Source: Gammaproteobacteria bacterium (GTDB taxonomy: Bacteria; Pseudomonadota; Gammaproteobacteria; Ga0077536). Taken from it: 64,000 nt of DNA. The DNA lies in assembly GCA_963662545.2 (NCBI GenBank), contig CAXXLL010000003.1, positions 1,280,001 through 1,344,000 of the forward strand, written 5' to 3'. Below are positions 49,498 to 59,416 of the stretch, one piece after another (the stretch's first letter is position 1; the number at the start of each line of letters is the position of its first letter). The notes under the pieces are model-generated. The model saw only the letters and a list, made by a program, of their open reading frames with translations. It did no database searches and was not told the origin of the DNA. Position numbers and translations under genes: made by a program.

Positions 49498-50235
49498 TCA
49501 CGATGATCGCTTCCTCTTTCTACGTCTTTCCCTTCGCGGGCGGTCGCTTTCGCGATCCTCCTTTAATTCGATCGGTGCCAGATTATCCTCCGCGATCTGA
49601 TTTTCACGGCGGCGTTTGAGACGGCGCCGCGTACGTCTCCCCGCGATATAAAGAATCGGAAGTACGACCAGCCCCATGATGGGATAGGACCAGGCTGCCA
49701 CGATCAATGGCAAAAACCCTGTCTGGAAGCTGATCGGCAAGATCAAATCGGGAGAAACATCGTATACCGTGGTACGGAATCTACCGCTATCGGTTTCGCA
49801 ACGGGCTCGGATCCGCTGCGAATCCTCCCCGTCCGTACTCAGAATCCGATAGCTAAATTGATTGTCATAACTTTTTAGCATTTCTCCCTGCCGCTCCGCC
49901 GGCAGGATGAACCTCGCTCCTTCTTCGATGCGCTTTAGCAGGTTTTCCTGCAGCGCTACGAAACCGCTGCCGCGCGAATCCTCGATGTCGCGCAGACGCC
50001 TGTCCGTATTGACGTAGATAATGCAGAGTTCGACGTAGTCGTGAGGGGGTGGCCAACCTGATTCACCCACCAGATTATTCGTGCACCAGAGAATCGCGGA
50101 GAGACCAGCGGGCAGAACGACGAATGCCGTCAAGAACGGATGACTCAAGGGCCCGGCAAAAGTGTACTCAAACGGTGTCCGTCGCTGCTTGCGCCGACGC
50201 TTGGCTCCCTTGGTTTCTCCTGTCTGCTTCATCAT
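49498..50235 (-). CDS. Hypothetical membrane protein
   Basis: Two hydrophobic regions flank a soluble domain; both termini are very basic. Confidence 0.6.
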   Translation of the reverse strand: MMKQTGETKGAKRRRKQRRTPFEYTFAGPLSHPFLTAFVVLPAGLSAILWCTNNLVGESGWPPPHDYVELCIIYVNTDRRLRDIEDSRGSGFVALQENLLKRIEEGARFILPAERQGEMLKSYDNQFSYRILSTDGEDSQRIRARCETDSGRFRTTVYDVSPDLILPISFQTGFLPLIVAAWSYPIMGLVVLPILYIAGRRTRRRLKRRRENQIAEDNLAPIELKEDRESDRPRRERRRKRKRSS

Positions 50236-50419
50236 GCCGTCGTCACTCGGATCTCGATCTGGCCCGCTGACGGAAAACGCCAGTCTTTACCGATGTGTGT
50301 CCGTTAGCTACTCGTATCAGCGGCCCTTTGGCGCCCAATCTTTAAACCGATCGAACGCGAAGTAATAGGCGAACCGCCCCACGGACGCAGCCGGTGATTC
50401 AGCGTCTGGAACGGCCTCC

Positions 50420-51328
50420 TTACCCGACCGGACCCAACTCTTTGGTAAAGAAATCGATCGCCAGCTTGTTCGATTGCGTCAACCCGGGCTCCGAATAAAG
50501 CCCCGTTTGGTCGAACGGCAAAAATTCAAGCCGTTTGGGCTCGCGCGCACGCTCGAACAGTTCAGCGACGCTCCACGCCGGGTGGACGATGTCGCGGCCG
50601 GAAGTGCTGATGATGAGATAGGGACGCGGCGTGATGCGATGGACGAAGGACAGCGGGCTGAATTCGATAATTTTTTCTATGGACTCAAGCGTAATCGAAT
50701 CCTTCCAGGTTGGAAACGCTTCCGGTACACCCTCGAAAAATTCCATGATCCCCGCGTCCGAAGGCATGCCACACAGGCTTCCTTGCGGGCCGAGCACCGG
50801 AATTCGATCGCCTCTGCCACCGGCAAAGCGCTTCGCACGGTCGGCTTCGACCGCCGCTAGTAATTCATCGAAGTTGACTTCGCTACGCAGAAGTTTCATC
50901 CACGTATAGCCATCCGTCACGGGCACCATGGCACAGACTGCTTTGGCACGGCGATCAATGGCCCCTACATAGCTCACCACAGCTCCAGCAAAACTCGCGC
51001 CCCAGATACCGATGCGTTTGGGATCGACGTTGCGTCGCGATTGCAGATAACTGATGCCGTTGCGGAAGTCCTCCGCTTCGTTAAGCGGGAATAACTGGCC
51101 GCGCGGTTTACCACCCGCTTTGCCGAACGTGCGGTAGTCGATTGCAAGCACGATGAAGCCGGCCTCACAAAAGGCGGTAGCCTGTTGAGTCAGAAACGAT
51201 TTGTTCAGCGAAAAACCATGGCCGATGACGAGGCCGGGGCGGCGCTCGCTGCGCGCAAGGCCTGACGGTTTGTATAGATCTGCGGTGCAATCAACGCCGC
51301 CGCTCTTGAAAGAAATCTCTTTTACCAT
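50420..51328 (-). CDS. Alpha/beta-fold hydrolase
   Basis: HGFS, DYRTFG..GG.PR, nucleophile elbow WGASFAG. Confidence 0.9.
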   Translation of the reverse strand: MVKEISFKSGGVDCTADLYKPSGLARSERRPGLVIGHGFSLNKSFLTQQATAFCEAGFIVLAIDYRTFGKAGGKPRGQLFPLNEAEDFRNGISYLQSRRNVDPKRIGIWGASFAGAVVSYVGAIDRRAKAVCAMVPVTDGYTWMKLLRSEVNFDELLAAVEADRAKRFAGGRGDRIPVLGPQGSLCGMPSDAGIMEFFEGVPEAFPTWKDSITLESIEKIIEFSPLSFVHRITPRPYLIISTSGRDIVHPAWSVAELFERAREPKRLEFLPFDQTGLYSEPGLTQSNKLAIDFFTKELGPVG

Positions 51329-51379
51329 TTTGGCTTCTCCTCGCAACACGTAGTGTCGAAAATATTTTTGAAAGGGGTG

Positions 51380-51829
51380 TCAGCCCGATTCCTCGAGGCG
51401 GAACACCGGATACATTTCGGCAATTTCGTTGAACGATTCGAGATCCGCATCGGCGCCGATCGGGAAGTAGCGCCTGACCTCGGTTTGATATGCATTTAGA
51501 TACGCCTTGAGCAAAGGCGCCCTCTCGTCGGTGCCGAGCTCCGTCACGGGATAGGTCCGGGCCGAGGCGCCGCGCCGCAAGACGACCGCCCCCGCGGCTC
51601 TCGCGTTTCGCACCCATTGTGTTTGACCGCGTGGTGCGACGAGATAAGTGCAGCCATCCACCTCGATCGGATCAACCGGCGTTGCATATCGACGACCGGA
51701 GCGCCGTCCCCGCACTTCCAATACGCGCATGTGGCCCGGGCCAATACCGAGGCTGATGAGTTTACCAAGCATCTTGTTGAAGAATGCTTCAATGACGGTG
51801 GCACACCTGAACTCAGTCGACCTATTCAT
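51380..51829 (-). CDS. Deazaflavin-dependent oxidoreductase family protein (FDOR-A/DUF385)
   Basis: LEVRGRRSG..Y.TP, YLVAPRG.TQWVRNARAAG, YPVFRL. Confidence 0.88.
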   Translation of the reverse strand: MNRSTEFRCATVIEAFFNKMLGKLISLGIGPGHMRVLEVRGRRSGRRYATPVDPIEVDGCTYLVAPRGQTQWVRNARAAGAVVLRRGASARTYPVTELGTDERAPLLKAYLNAYQTEVRRYFPIGADADLESFNEIAEMYPVFRLEESG

Positions 51830-51859
51830 CGCCAGCGAGCGGTTCTCTGTACGGTCATG

Positions 51860-52645
51860 CTACTGGCGGGCGGCGGTGCCGCCGTCAATCGGCAGCACCA
51901 CTCCGTTGCAATAGGTCGCCTCGTCGGATGCGAGATAAAGACAACCGTAAGCCATTTCCATCGGCGTGCCGGCCCGCGCCATCGGCGTGAGATGTTCGGC
52001 GATCACGGGATCGTCGAAGATGTTCATGACGTCGGCGATCATCGGTGTATCGGTATAGCCCGGGCAAACGCAGTTCGTACGGATATTTTCCTTGGCATAG
52101 GTCGTCGCCATCGCGCGGGTGAGGTTGATCACGCCGCCTTTGGACGCGCAGTAAGTGTGCGCGGTCGTCATGCCGAACATGCCCGAAAGGCTGGCGACGT
52201 TAACGATCGAGCCCCCGCCCTGCTTCTGCATGATGGGGATTATGCCGTGACACAAGTAGTAGCATGCATCGAGATTGATGCCGATCACTTCGTGCCACTT
52301 TTCAGGCGGCGTTGTCGCGATATCGTTCATCGAGTTTTCGCTTTTGTGGCTCCAACTCCAACCGACGCTTGCGGCGTGAACGAGAATATCGATGCGGCCA
52401 TAGGCGCTCATGGTCGCGTCGATTACGTTTTGCGCCTCGGCCTCCGATGAAAGATCCGCGGCCACTACCATGCCCTCGCTACCCGCCTTACGGACTTTAA
52501 TCAACGTATCGTCCAGTGCCGACTGCGTTCTCGATACACCGACTGTCGTCGCGCCTTCCTCGGCAAAGAGCATCATGCACGCCTCACCGATACCCGATCC
52601 GGCGCCGGTGATGATTGCGATCTTTCCTTCTACTCGTCCCGCCAT
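51860..52645 (-). CDS. SDR-family dehydrogenase
   Basis: TGAGSGIG, IVNVAS, YCASKGG, NCVCPG..DTPM. Confidence 0.95.
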   Translation of the reverse strand: MAGRVEGKIAIITGAGSGIGEACMMLFAEEGATTVGVSRTQSALDDTLIKVRKAGSEGMVVAADLSSEAEAQNVIDATMSAYGRIDILVHAASVGWSWSHKSENSMNDIATTPPEKWHEVIGINLDACYYLCHGIIPIMQKQGGGSIVNVASLSGMFGMTTAHTYCASKGGVINLTRAMATTYAKENIRTNCVCPGYTDTPMIADVMNIFDDPVIAEHLTPMARAGTPMEMAYGCLYLASDEATYCNGVVLPIDGGTAARQ

Positions 52646-52656
52646 CTTAGTTTCCC

Positions 52657-53844
52657 CTAGATCATTTCGATCAACGTGGCATTCGCCATGCCGCCGCTCT
52701 CGCACATCGTCACCAGACCGCAACGCCCGCCCCGTGCTTCGAGCGCGCGCAGCAGGTTGGCAACCAGGCGCCCGCCCGAAGCGCCGACCGGGTGGCCGTG
52801 CGCGATGGCGCCTCCAAACACATTGAGCTTTTCGGGATCGGTACCAAATTCCTTCGCCCACGCCAAGGGTACGGAGGCAAAGGCCTCGTTGACTTCATAG
52901 GCATCCACCTGGTCGAGCCCGATTCCGGCCCGCTCCAGAAGTTTAGTCGTCGCGGGGATGACGCCGGTCAACATCATGACCGGGTCGTCGCCGGCGACGG
53001 CGAAATGCGTCACGGCGGCGCGCGGTGCGAGCCCGAGCCGTACGGCGATCTTCTCTTCGGCGATGAGCATCGCGCTCGCGCCGTCGGTCACCAGGCTCGA
53101 ATTGCCTGCCGTGACACGCCATTCGATTTCCGGAAACCGCTGTTTCATTTCCTCGTTCTCGAAAGCCGGCTTCAAGCTGGCAAGTTTTTCCAGGGTCGAG
53201 CCCGAGCGAATGCCTTCGTCTTCGGCAACGATCCGCTTGACGCTTGCGTCGGTGTCGATTTCGATCGGTGCGATGTCTCCGGCGGCGCCGCCTCGATCGC
53301 CCTCGGCGAGTTGATGGGATCGCAAAGAAAAGCGATCGAGTGCCTCGCGGTCAAGCCGCCAGCGTGCCGCGATCAGTTCCGCGGAGATACCCTGCCGTAC
53401 CAGCCCTGCGGGGTAACGCGCGTGAAAACGGCCGCCCTCATTGTCCTTACCCATCCGATTGACGCGCATGGGGACGACGCTCATCATCTCGACGCCGCCC
53501 GCAATGACAAGATCGTAGGCGCCGGCGATGACGCCTTGCGCCGCAAAATCCATCGCCTGCTGCGCGGAGCCGCACTTGCGATCGAGCGTGACGGCCGGCA
53601 CCGATTCGGGCAGGCCCGCTGCCAGGACCGCCTGTCTCCCGATGTTGCCCGCCTGTTCCGCGACCTGGATCACGCAGCCGGTGATGACGTCCTCGATCAG
53701 GACCGGGTCGATCCCCGTCCGCTGGACGAGTGCCTCGAGCACGTGCGCGTATAGATTAACCGGGTGCAGCGAAGCCAGAGCGCCCGTGTCGCGACCGCGC
53801 CCGAACGGCGATCGCACGATATCGATGATGACCGCGCGGCGCAT
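52657..53844 (-). CDS. Acetyl-CoA C-acyltransferase (thiolase)
   Basis: DRKCGSAQQA, EVNEAFA, GHPVGASG, MCESGG. Confidence 0.95.
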   Translation of the reverse strand: MRRAVIIDIVRSPFGRGRDTGALASLHPVNLYAHVLEALVQRTGIDPVLIEDVITGCVIQVAEQAGNIGRQAVLAAGLPESVPAVTLDRKCGSAQQAMDFAAQGVIAGAYDLVIAGGVEMMSVVPMRVNRMGKDNEGGRFHARYPAGLVRQGISAELIAARWRLDREALDRFSLRSHQLAEGDRGGAAGDIAPIEIDTDASVKRIVAEDEGIRSGSTLEKLASLKPAFENEEMKQRFPEIEWRVTAGNSSLVTDGASAMLIAEEKIAVRLGLAPRAAVTHFAVAGDDPVMMLTGVIPATTKLLERAGIGLDQVDAYEVNEAFASVPLAWAKEFGTDPEKLNVFGGAIAHGHPVGASGGRLVANLLRALEARGGRCGLVTMCESGGMANATLIEMI

Positions 53845-53967
53845 GTCTAATTTGCTGTCCCGCAATAAGCCTTCATAATTCGCTGGTCCTCGCGCCTTGT
53901 ATCGCACCACGAGTCCTGCGGGACCCAATGACAAATATTATTGGGAAGTTTATTACGGGACAGTACA

Positions 53968-55428
53968 TTAGCTCGACTTGCGTAGCGACAGTTCGAGATC
54001 GCTAGATATGACCTCGATCACGGGCGAAGTCGCGAGCTGCATGAGTCGCCGCACCTGATCGAGTTCGGGCGAGGAGAGATACGGATAAGTCGTCTTGACC
54101 GGGCCGGAGGTCCGCATTTTTTCGAGGCCTTCGCCGGCGACGAGCGCACATAGGATCAGTTCGTCATCGTCGTCGGTACCGTACTCCTTGCGCAGGTCCT
54201 CTATGCTCGGTTGTGGCGGGGGATTCGCTAATACCTCCTTCGCGCGTGCCGAGGACATGATCATGTCCATGACACTTTCATCGATTGGGCCGGCGGTTTC
54301 TCCATAATAACCGGCGGCATACTGAATGACTTGGTCCGGGATCGAGGAATAGCGCTTGCCGGTTACGATGTTCAGCACCGCCTGGGTGCCCACGAGTTGG
54401 CTAAAGGGTGTCGCCATTCCAGGATAACCGAGTTCGCGGCGAACCACCGCGGTTTCCTCGAGCACTTCGTCGATGCGCTCTCGCATGCCGTGCTGCACGA
54501 GTTGCGCCTTAAGCGTGCCGATCATGCCGCCCGGGATCTGATGCCGGATCGAGAGCACGTCGTACTCCGAATACTGATTGACCAGAAAACCTGCCGCTTT
54601 GCCGACTTTTTCGAAGTGCTCCGCCACCGGCGGCAGCAGACTGATATCGAGATCGTGAGTGTGTCCCAGCAGTTCAACGTTGCGCACCATGATCTCAGTG
54701 GAGGGCACGGAAGGGCCGTTAGCCAGCGGACGGATAGCGGTGTGCAGAATACGCACCCCCAGATCGATGGCATCGAGGTAGGCTTTGGCAGACTGTCCAA
54801 GCAGATTATTCGAATGGAATTCGATGGGCTTGCCCCGCGCTTTCTCGCGGATGGCCGGCAGCAAGGTCGCCATGCGCTCCTTCTCCAGCACACCGGCCGT
54901 ATCGTAGAGCAGGAGCGTGTCGATGTCCGGTGACGCCGACAGCTTGTCCGCCTTATCCGCGTAGTATTCGTCCGAATGTACCGGGCTCAAGGTGAACATG
55001 ATCGCACCCGCGATATCCGATCCAAACTCCTTGGCAAGCTTCGCCAGCCGCAGCGTCTTATCGATATTGAACAAAACGTCGTAGATCCAGAAGCTGCGCA
55101 CGCCGTGCACGTTCAACTGCCGCATCCACGCATCCATCAATGCGTCCGGCGTTACGCCGAAAGTGACCGAGGCGTTGGAGCGCATGCCGGCGCGGATCCG
55201 CGTGCGCGGCATCGAGGCCACGATCAGGTCGAGGCCCTCCCAGGGATTTTCATAAGAATACTTGATGAGAACCTCGAACATGGACGAACCGGTCAGGTCG
55301 ACGACCCAGTAGCCCGTGCGATCGATTATCGGTGTCACGGGCAGCGCCATGCCCGCCTGCATGCGCATGCCCCAAAGGCTTTGCTGCCCGTCGCGCATGG
55401 TTTCATCGAGAAAATTAATGTGGGCCAT
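53968..55428 (-). CDS. Pyruvate-carboxylase/OadA-type carboxyltransferase subunit
   Basis: DETMRDGQQSLW, ENPWE, SPVHSDEYY, HQIPGGM, LGYP..ATPFSQLVG.QA. Confidence 0.9.
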   Translation of the reverse strand: MAHINFLDETMRDGQQSLWGMRMQAGMALPVTPIIDRTGYWVVDLTGSSMFEVLIKYSYENPWEGLDLIVASMPRTRIRAGMRSNASVTFGVTPDALMDAWMRQLNVHGVRSFWIYDVLFNIDKTLRLAKLAKEFGSDIAGAIMFTLSPVHSDEYYADKADKLSASPDIDTLLLYDTAGVLEKERMATLLPAIREKARGKPIEFHSNNLLGQSAKAYLDAIDLGVRILHTAIRPLANGPSVPSTEIMVRNVELLGHTHDLDISLLPPVAEHFEKVGKAAGFLVNQYSEYDVLSIRHQIPGGMIGTLKAQLVQHGMRERIDEVLEETAVVRRELGYPGMATPFSQLVGTQAVLNIVTGKRYSSIPDQVIQYAAGYYGETAGPIDESVMDMIMSSARAKEVLANPPPQPSIEDLRKEYGTDDDDELILCALVAGEGLEKMRTSGPVKTTYPYLSSPELDQVRRLMQLATSPVIEVISSDLELSLRKSS

Positions 55429-56827
55429 CGACGGTTTCTCTCTCGTTCATTTTAAGTTCGGGTAAATAAGTGTGTTCGAGCCAGCGGGTATGAATGGTAT
55501 TGGCTTCGAAATCGGGGTGGGCGGTGATGCCGCGCAAAATTGGCAGATTCGTAACCAGGCCTTCGATCTGAAACGCGTCCAGCGCAAGGCGCAACCGCGC
55601 CACGGTCGCGCGCCGATCCGCGGCAGTGACGATCAGCTTCGCGATCATTGAATCGTAAAATGGGGGCACCTGGTAGCCGTCGTGACAATGGCTGTCGACG
55701 CGGATCCCGGCTCCCTCGGGCGGCCGCCACCGCGTGATGCGGCCCGGACACGGCTGGAATCCGCGGGAGGGATCTTCGGCATTGATGCGGCATTCGATCG
55801 CATGCCTGGTAACGTGGATCTGATCCTGTCGACCCAGGACGCGTTCGCCACCGGCGATACGGAACTGCGCCTGAACGAGATCGACGCCTGTCACCTGTTC
55901 ACTGACCGGATGCTCGACCTGAATGCGGGTATTGACCTCGATGAAATAATAAGCTTCACGACCGGCGTCGTAGATGAACTCCACGGTCCCGGCGTTCATG
56001 TATTTCATCGACGACAGCAAGTCCACGGCGGCTTGATGGAGCTCATGGCGGACATGTGGGGGCATTGCAGCGCAGGGCGCTTCCTCGATGACCTTCTGGT
56101 AGCGACGCTGCACCGAACAGTCGCGTTCACCGTAATGCACGACGCGCCCCTTGCCGTCACCGATCACCTGCACCTCCACGTGCCGCGCGTTCTCGATATA
56201 GCGCTCCATGTACATCGTGCCGTCGCCGAAGACCTCCTCGGCCTCGGCGCTGGCTTTGTCGAATGAGGATTCGATATCACTCGCCTCGCGAGCCACGAAC
56301 ATGCCGCGACCGCCACCGCCGGCAGACGCCTTGATGACGACTGGATAGCGGATTTCTTTCGCGGCGACGACGGCCGCGCCCGCATCGGCAATTTGATCGG
56401 TGCCGGGGGCCAGCGGCACGCCCGCCGCCGCGGCAATTTCTCGCGCGCGGAGCTTGTCACCCAAGGCGTCGATGGTGCTGGCGCTGGGCCCAATGAAAGT
56501 GATCCCGTTATCCGCGCACAGGGTTGCGAGCTCGGCGCGCTCCGCAAGAAAGCCGTAACCGGGATGGAGCGCATCACAGCCCGTCGCCTTCGCCGCGTGT
56601 ACAACAAGCCTGGCGTCGAGGTAGCTTTGCCGGGAAGGCGCCGGTCCGATAACCACGACCCGGTCGGCCATACGTGCGGCTACGCTGTCGCGGTCCGCTT
56701 GGGATACCGCCTGCACGGTTTCGATGCCGAGCGCCTGCGCGGCCCGGATTACCCGTACCGCGATCTCACCGCGATTGGCCACCAGAGTGCGCTTGACGGC
56801 CACTGTTCCGGGATTACCTGATGGCAC
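55415..56827 (-). CDS. Biotin carboxylase
   Basis: ANRGEIAVR, HPGYGFLAE, GGGGRGM, ERDCSVQRRYQK, EVNTRIQVEHPV, YDSMIAK. Confidence 0.96.
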   Translation of the reverse strand: MPSGNPGTVAVKRTLVANRGEIAVRVIRAAQALGIETVQAVSQADRDSVAARMADRVVVIGPAPSRQSYLDARLVVHAAKATGCDALHPGYGFLAERAELATLCADNGITFIGPSASTIDALGDKLRAREIAAAAGVPLAPGTDQIADAGAAVVAAKEIRYPVVIKASAGGGGRGMFVAREASDIESSFDKASAEAEEVFGDGTMYMERYIENARHVEVQVIGDGKGRVVHYGERDCSVQRRYQKVIEEAPCAAMPPHVRHELHQAAVDLLSSMKYMNAGTVEFIYDAGREAYYFIEVNTRIQVEHPVSEQVTGVDLVQAQFRIAGGERVLGRQDQIHVTRHAIECRINAEDPSRGFQPCPGRITRWRPPEGAGIRVDSHCHDGYQVPPFYDSMIAKLIVTAADRRATVARLRLALDAFQIEGLVTNLPILRGITAHPDFEANTIHTRWLEHTYLPELKMNERETVDGPH

Positions 56828-56865
56828 CGTTTGGGCGGTGGCGAAAAAAGAAATTTTTCACCCGT

Positions 56866-57330
56866 TCATCGGGCACTTGGATCGATGATGGCCAGGGGTT
56901 GATCGAATTCAACCATCTCCGCATCGTTGACGCAGATCTCGTGCACCACGCCCGCCACTCCGGCCCTGACCGGGGTGAATAGTTTCATGACCTCGATGAG
57001 GCAGATCTCGGTGTCCTCCTCGATCGCCTGCCCGATTTCGACGTACGACGGTGAGCCGGGCTTAGGTGCGCGGAAAAACGTCCCCAAGTTCGGCGCGCAC
57101 ACGACCACCATGCCCTCAGGAATCACCACCGGGGCCGGCGCTGCGGGCTCATGGGGCGTCTCACCCGTGGACGCGGCTGCCTCCAACGCTACGGCACGCG
57201 GACCTCGGGCTCCTGGGACGTTGGACAGAAAGAGTTCCAGGCCCTCGATCTTGAGGTGCATTTCCTCCCAGTCGGATTGATTAAAAAGGTCGACGAGGGT
57301 CTCGATGTCCTCGGCGCTCGGCTTGGTCAT
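56866..57330 (-). CDS. Biotin carboxyl carrier protein
   Basis: AP.LGTFFRAPKPG, biotinylation motif IEVMKLF. Confidence 0.95.
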   Translation of the reverse strand: MTKPSAEDIETLVDLFNQSDWEEMHLKIEGLELFLSNVPGARGPRAVALEAAASTGETPHEPAAPAPVVIPEGMVVVCAPNLGTFFRAPKPGSPSYVEIGQAIEEDTEICLIEVMKLFTPVRAGVAGVVHEICVNDAEMVEFDQPLAIIDPSAR

Positions 57331-57363
57331 GGTCGATTTCCTCGATTGCAGATTCTTGATTCA

Positions 57364-57525
57364 GGAACCTCTGAATAAGTCATGGTGCGTCTGAATTGTT
57401 CATGCAATTGTGCAGATCAAGGCACGAATCGCAGGTAATAGCGGGGACTAGGGCTAAGGTTCGTAACGTAAGGCTCCGCGCTTTCATGGGCAAGGCAGAT
57501 GTGCCATGATTTATTGAGAGGTTCC
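57364..57525. mobile_element. 162-bp MITE, copy 3 (TSD TTCA, overlapping the PPDK-like stop codon)
   Basis: Same TIRs with one mismatch, flanked by TTCA on both sides. Confidence 0.85.
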
Positions 57526-57526
57526 T

Positions 57527-59284
57527 TCAGTCGTCCAGCGTACCGGCTCGCGCATGGATGGCCGCAAGCATCACCACCAGCGGATGCCGCGCAACGATCG
57601 ACTCGACGCCGCACGACAGCGCCGCCTTAACGCCCGCGTCGGTCTCGATGGCGCCGCCCCGCACGGCGCGGCAACCGTTCAACAAGCCCGCAAGCTTCTC
57701 CGGATCCTCCGCGCCGTCAATGCCATCCAGATCGAGCAACTCATGCTCCACGGTCACGTTGGTGGCGAGCACGCGTAGTGGACACGCCTGTGCAGCCCAA
57801 TCGGCTAGTTTGCGCAAGCACGGATCATCGGCTTCGCTGGGCGAAATCATGTCGAGTTCACCGGCGAATACCCGCCCCTCGTTGGCATCGACCGTCACCA
57901 TCTCGCCGGCGAGCGCTGTGACTGAGCCATCGCCGCAACCGACGATACTCGGTTTACCGAGGTCACGGCTGACGAGCGCCGCGTGCGAGGTCGAACCGCC
58001 CCGCTCGGTGATCACGGCTTGGCTCGCGATGATGCCGTGAATGTCTTCCGGACTTGTCGTCGCGCGCGCGAGTACGACGTCTTTACCGGCAGCCTGTAGT
58101 TTTTCCGCTTCATCGGAGTCGATCACCACGACGCCACGCCCCACCCCCTGGCAGGCCGGTTCGCCTTGCGCGAGAACGCGCGCGCCCTCCTCGGCCCGCT
58201 GCGCGAGCCGCGGTTTGAGCAAGGACCGGACCTGCTCCGCCGTGACCCGTGACAAGGCGGTCGCCGGCTCGATTCTCCCCTCGTCCACCATGTCGACGGC
58301 GCAGCGGACCGCCGCCTGCGGTGCACGCTTGGCCGAACGGGTCTGCAATAAAAACAATGTCCCTTGCTGCACGGTGAATTCTATATCCTGAACGTCATTG
58401 TTCGCGTCTTCGAGCGTCCGCGCGGCGCGCACCAGTTGATCGTAAACTTCGGGCAGTGCTTCGCCGAGCGCGCTCAAGGGTTCAGGCGTAAATTTTCCCG
58501 ACACCACATCCTCGCCCTGCGCGCAATGAAGGTATTCACCATAAGGGGCTAAATCGCCCGTCAACGGATTGCGGCTGAACAGGACGCCCGTCCCGGAACG
58601 ATCGTCGAGATTGCCGAACACCATGGACTGTATCGTCACGGCCGTACCGAGGTTGTCTGCAATGCCGTGATGCTTGCGATAGCGCTTGGCGCGTCGGGAA
58701 TTCCAGGATGCGAAGACCGCCTCGATCGCGGCCCTTAACTGCACGCGCGGATCCTCGGGAATCTTCCCTGCGCCGAGTTTTTCGATGACGGCCCTGAGCG
58801 TCCGTAGATCGCCGTCACCGAGGTCCGGCAAGGTCTGCCTGAGCACGATGCTCGCATAGAGTTCGAGGAATCGACGGTGGGTATCGCGCGCGAAGGCGTC
58901 GTCACCGGACTCCGCTGCCAGTGCGCGCTCGGTGGTATCGTTGATGCCGAGGTTCAGCACGGTATCCATCATGCCGGGCATGGAAATCGCAGCGCCCGAA
59001 CGCACCGACACGAGCAGCGGCCGATCGCCCGCCCCGAAATCCCGTGCCGTGGCGGACTCGAGCCAGGCGATGGCCGCGTCGAGTTCCGCCTCCAGCTTTT
59101 CCGGAAGCGCCGAGGATTCGAGATAAACCTGGCAAGCAGCCGTCGTAATGACCACCGCAGGCGGTACCGGCAGGTCCAGGCTTCGCATGTGCGCGATCGA
59201 CCACGCCTTACCACCGATCACTGCGCGCGTGGGTAGCGCACTCCCATCGATCGCCAGGATGAATTGACCGAACTCGTGTGCCAC
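57527..59284 (-). CDS. Truncated PPDK-like protein (nucleotide-binding and phospho-His domains; no full pyruvate-binding barrel)
   Basis: GGKA, LLVSVRSGAAISMPGMMDTVLNLG, QSMVFGN, QGEDVVSG, DIEFT...LQTR, GGSTSHAA. Only 585 aa. Confidence 0.9.
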   Translation of the reverse strand: MAHEFGQFILAIDGSALPTRAVIGGKAWSIAHMRSLDLPVPPAVVITTAACQVYLESSALPEKLEAELDAAIAWLESATARDFGAGDRPLLVSVRSGAAISMPGMMDTVLNLGINDTTERALAAESGDDAFARDTHRRFLELYASIVLRQTLPDLGDGDLRTLRAVIEKLGAGKIPEDPRVQLRAAIEAVFASWNSRRAKRYRKHHGIADNLGTAVTIQSMVFGNLDDRSGTGVLFSRNPLTGDLAPYGEYLHCAQGEDVVSGKFTPEPLSALGEALPEVYDQLVRAARTLEDANNDVQDIEFTVQQGTLFLLQTRSAKRAPQAAVRCAVDMVDEGRIEPATALSRVTAEQVRSLLKPRLAQRAEEGARVLAQGEPACQGVGRGVVVIDSDEAEKLQAAGKDVVLARATTSPEDIHGIIASQAVITERGGSTSHAALVSRDLGKPSIVGCGDGSVTALAGEMVTVDANEGRVFAGELDMISPSEADDPCLRKLADWAAQACPLRVLATNVTVEHELLDLDGIDGAEDPEKLAGLLNGCRAVRGGAIETDAGVKAALSCGVESIVARHPLVVMLAAIHARAGTLDD

Positions 59285-59318
59285 GGTGATGGTTGATGGG
59301 GTCGGTTGAAGGCTACAT

Positions 59319-59391
59319 TGAAGGGGTCAAGTCTTCAACTTTCTACATGACGTTTTACGTCATGTAGAAAGTTGAAGACTTGACCCCTTCA
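59319..59391. repeat. Perfect palindrome with 35-bp arms and a 3-nt loop
   Basis: TGAAGGGGTCAAGTCTTCAACTTTCTACATGACGT-TTT-ACGTCATGTAGAAAGTTGAAGACTTGACCCCTTCA. Confidence 0.95.
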
Positions 59392-59416
59392 GGCCCCAGA
59401 CCTGACCCCGTTTTTA

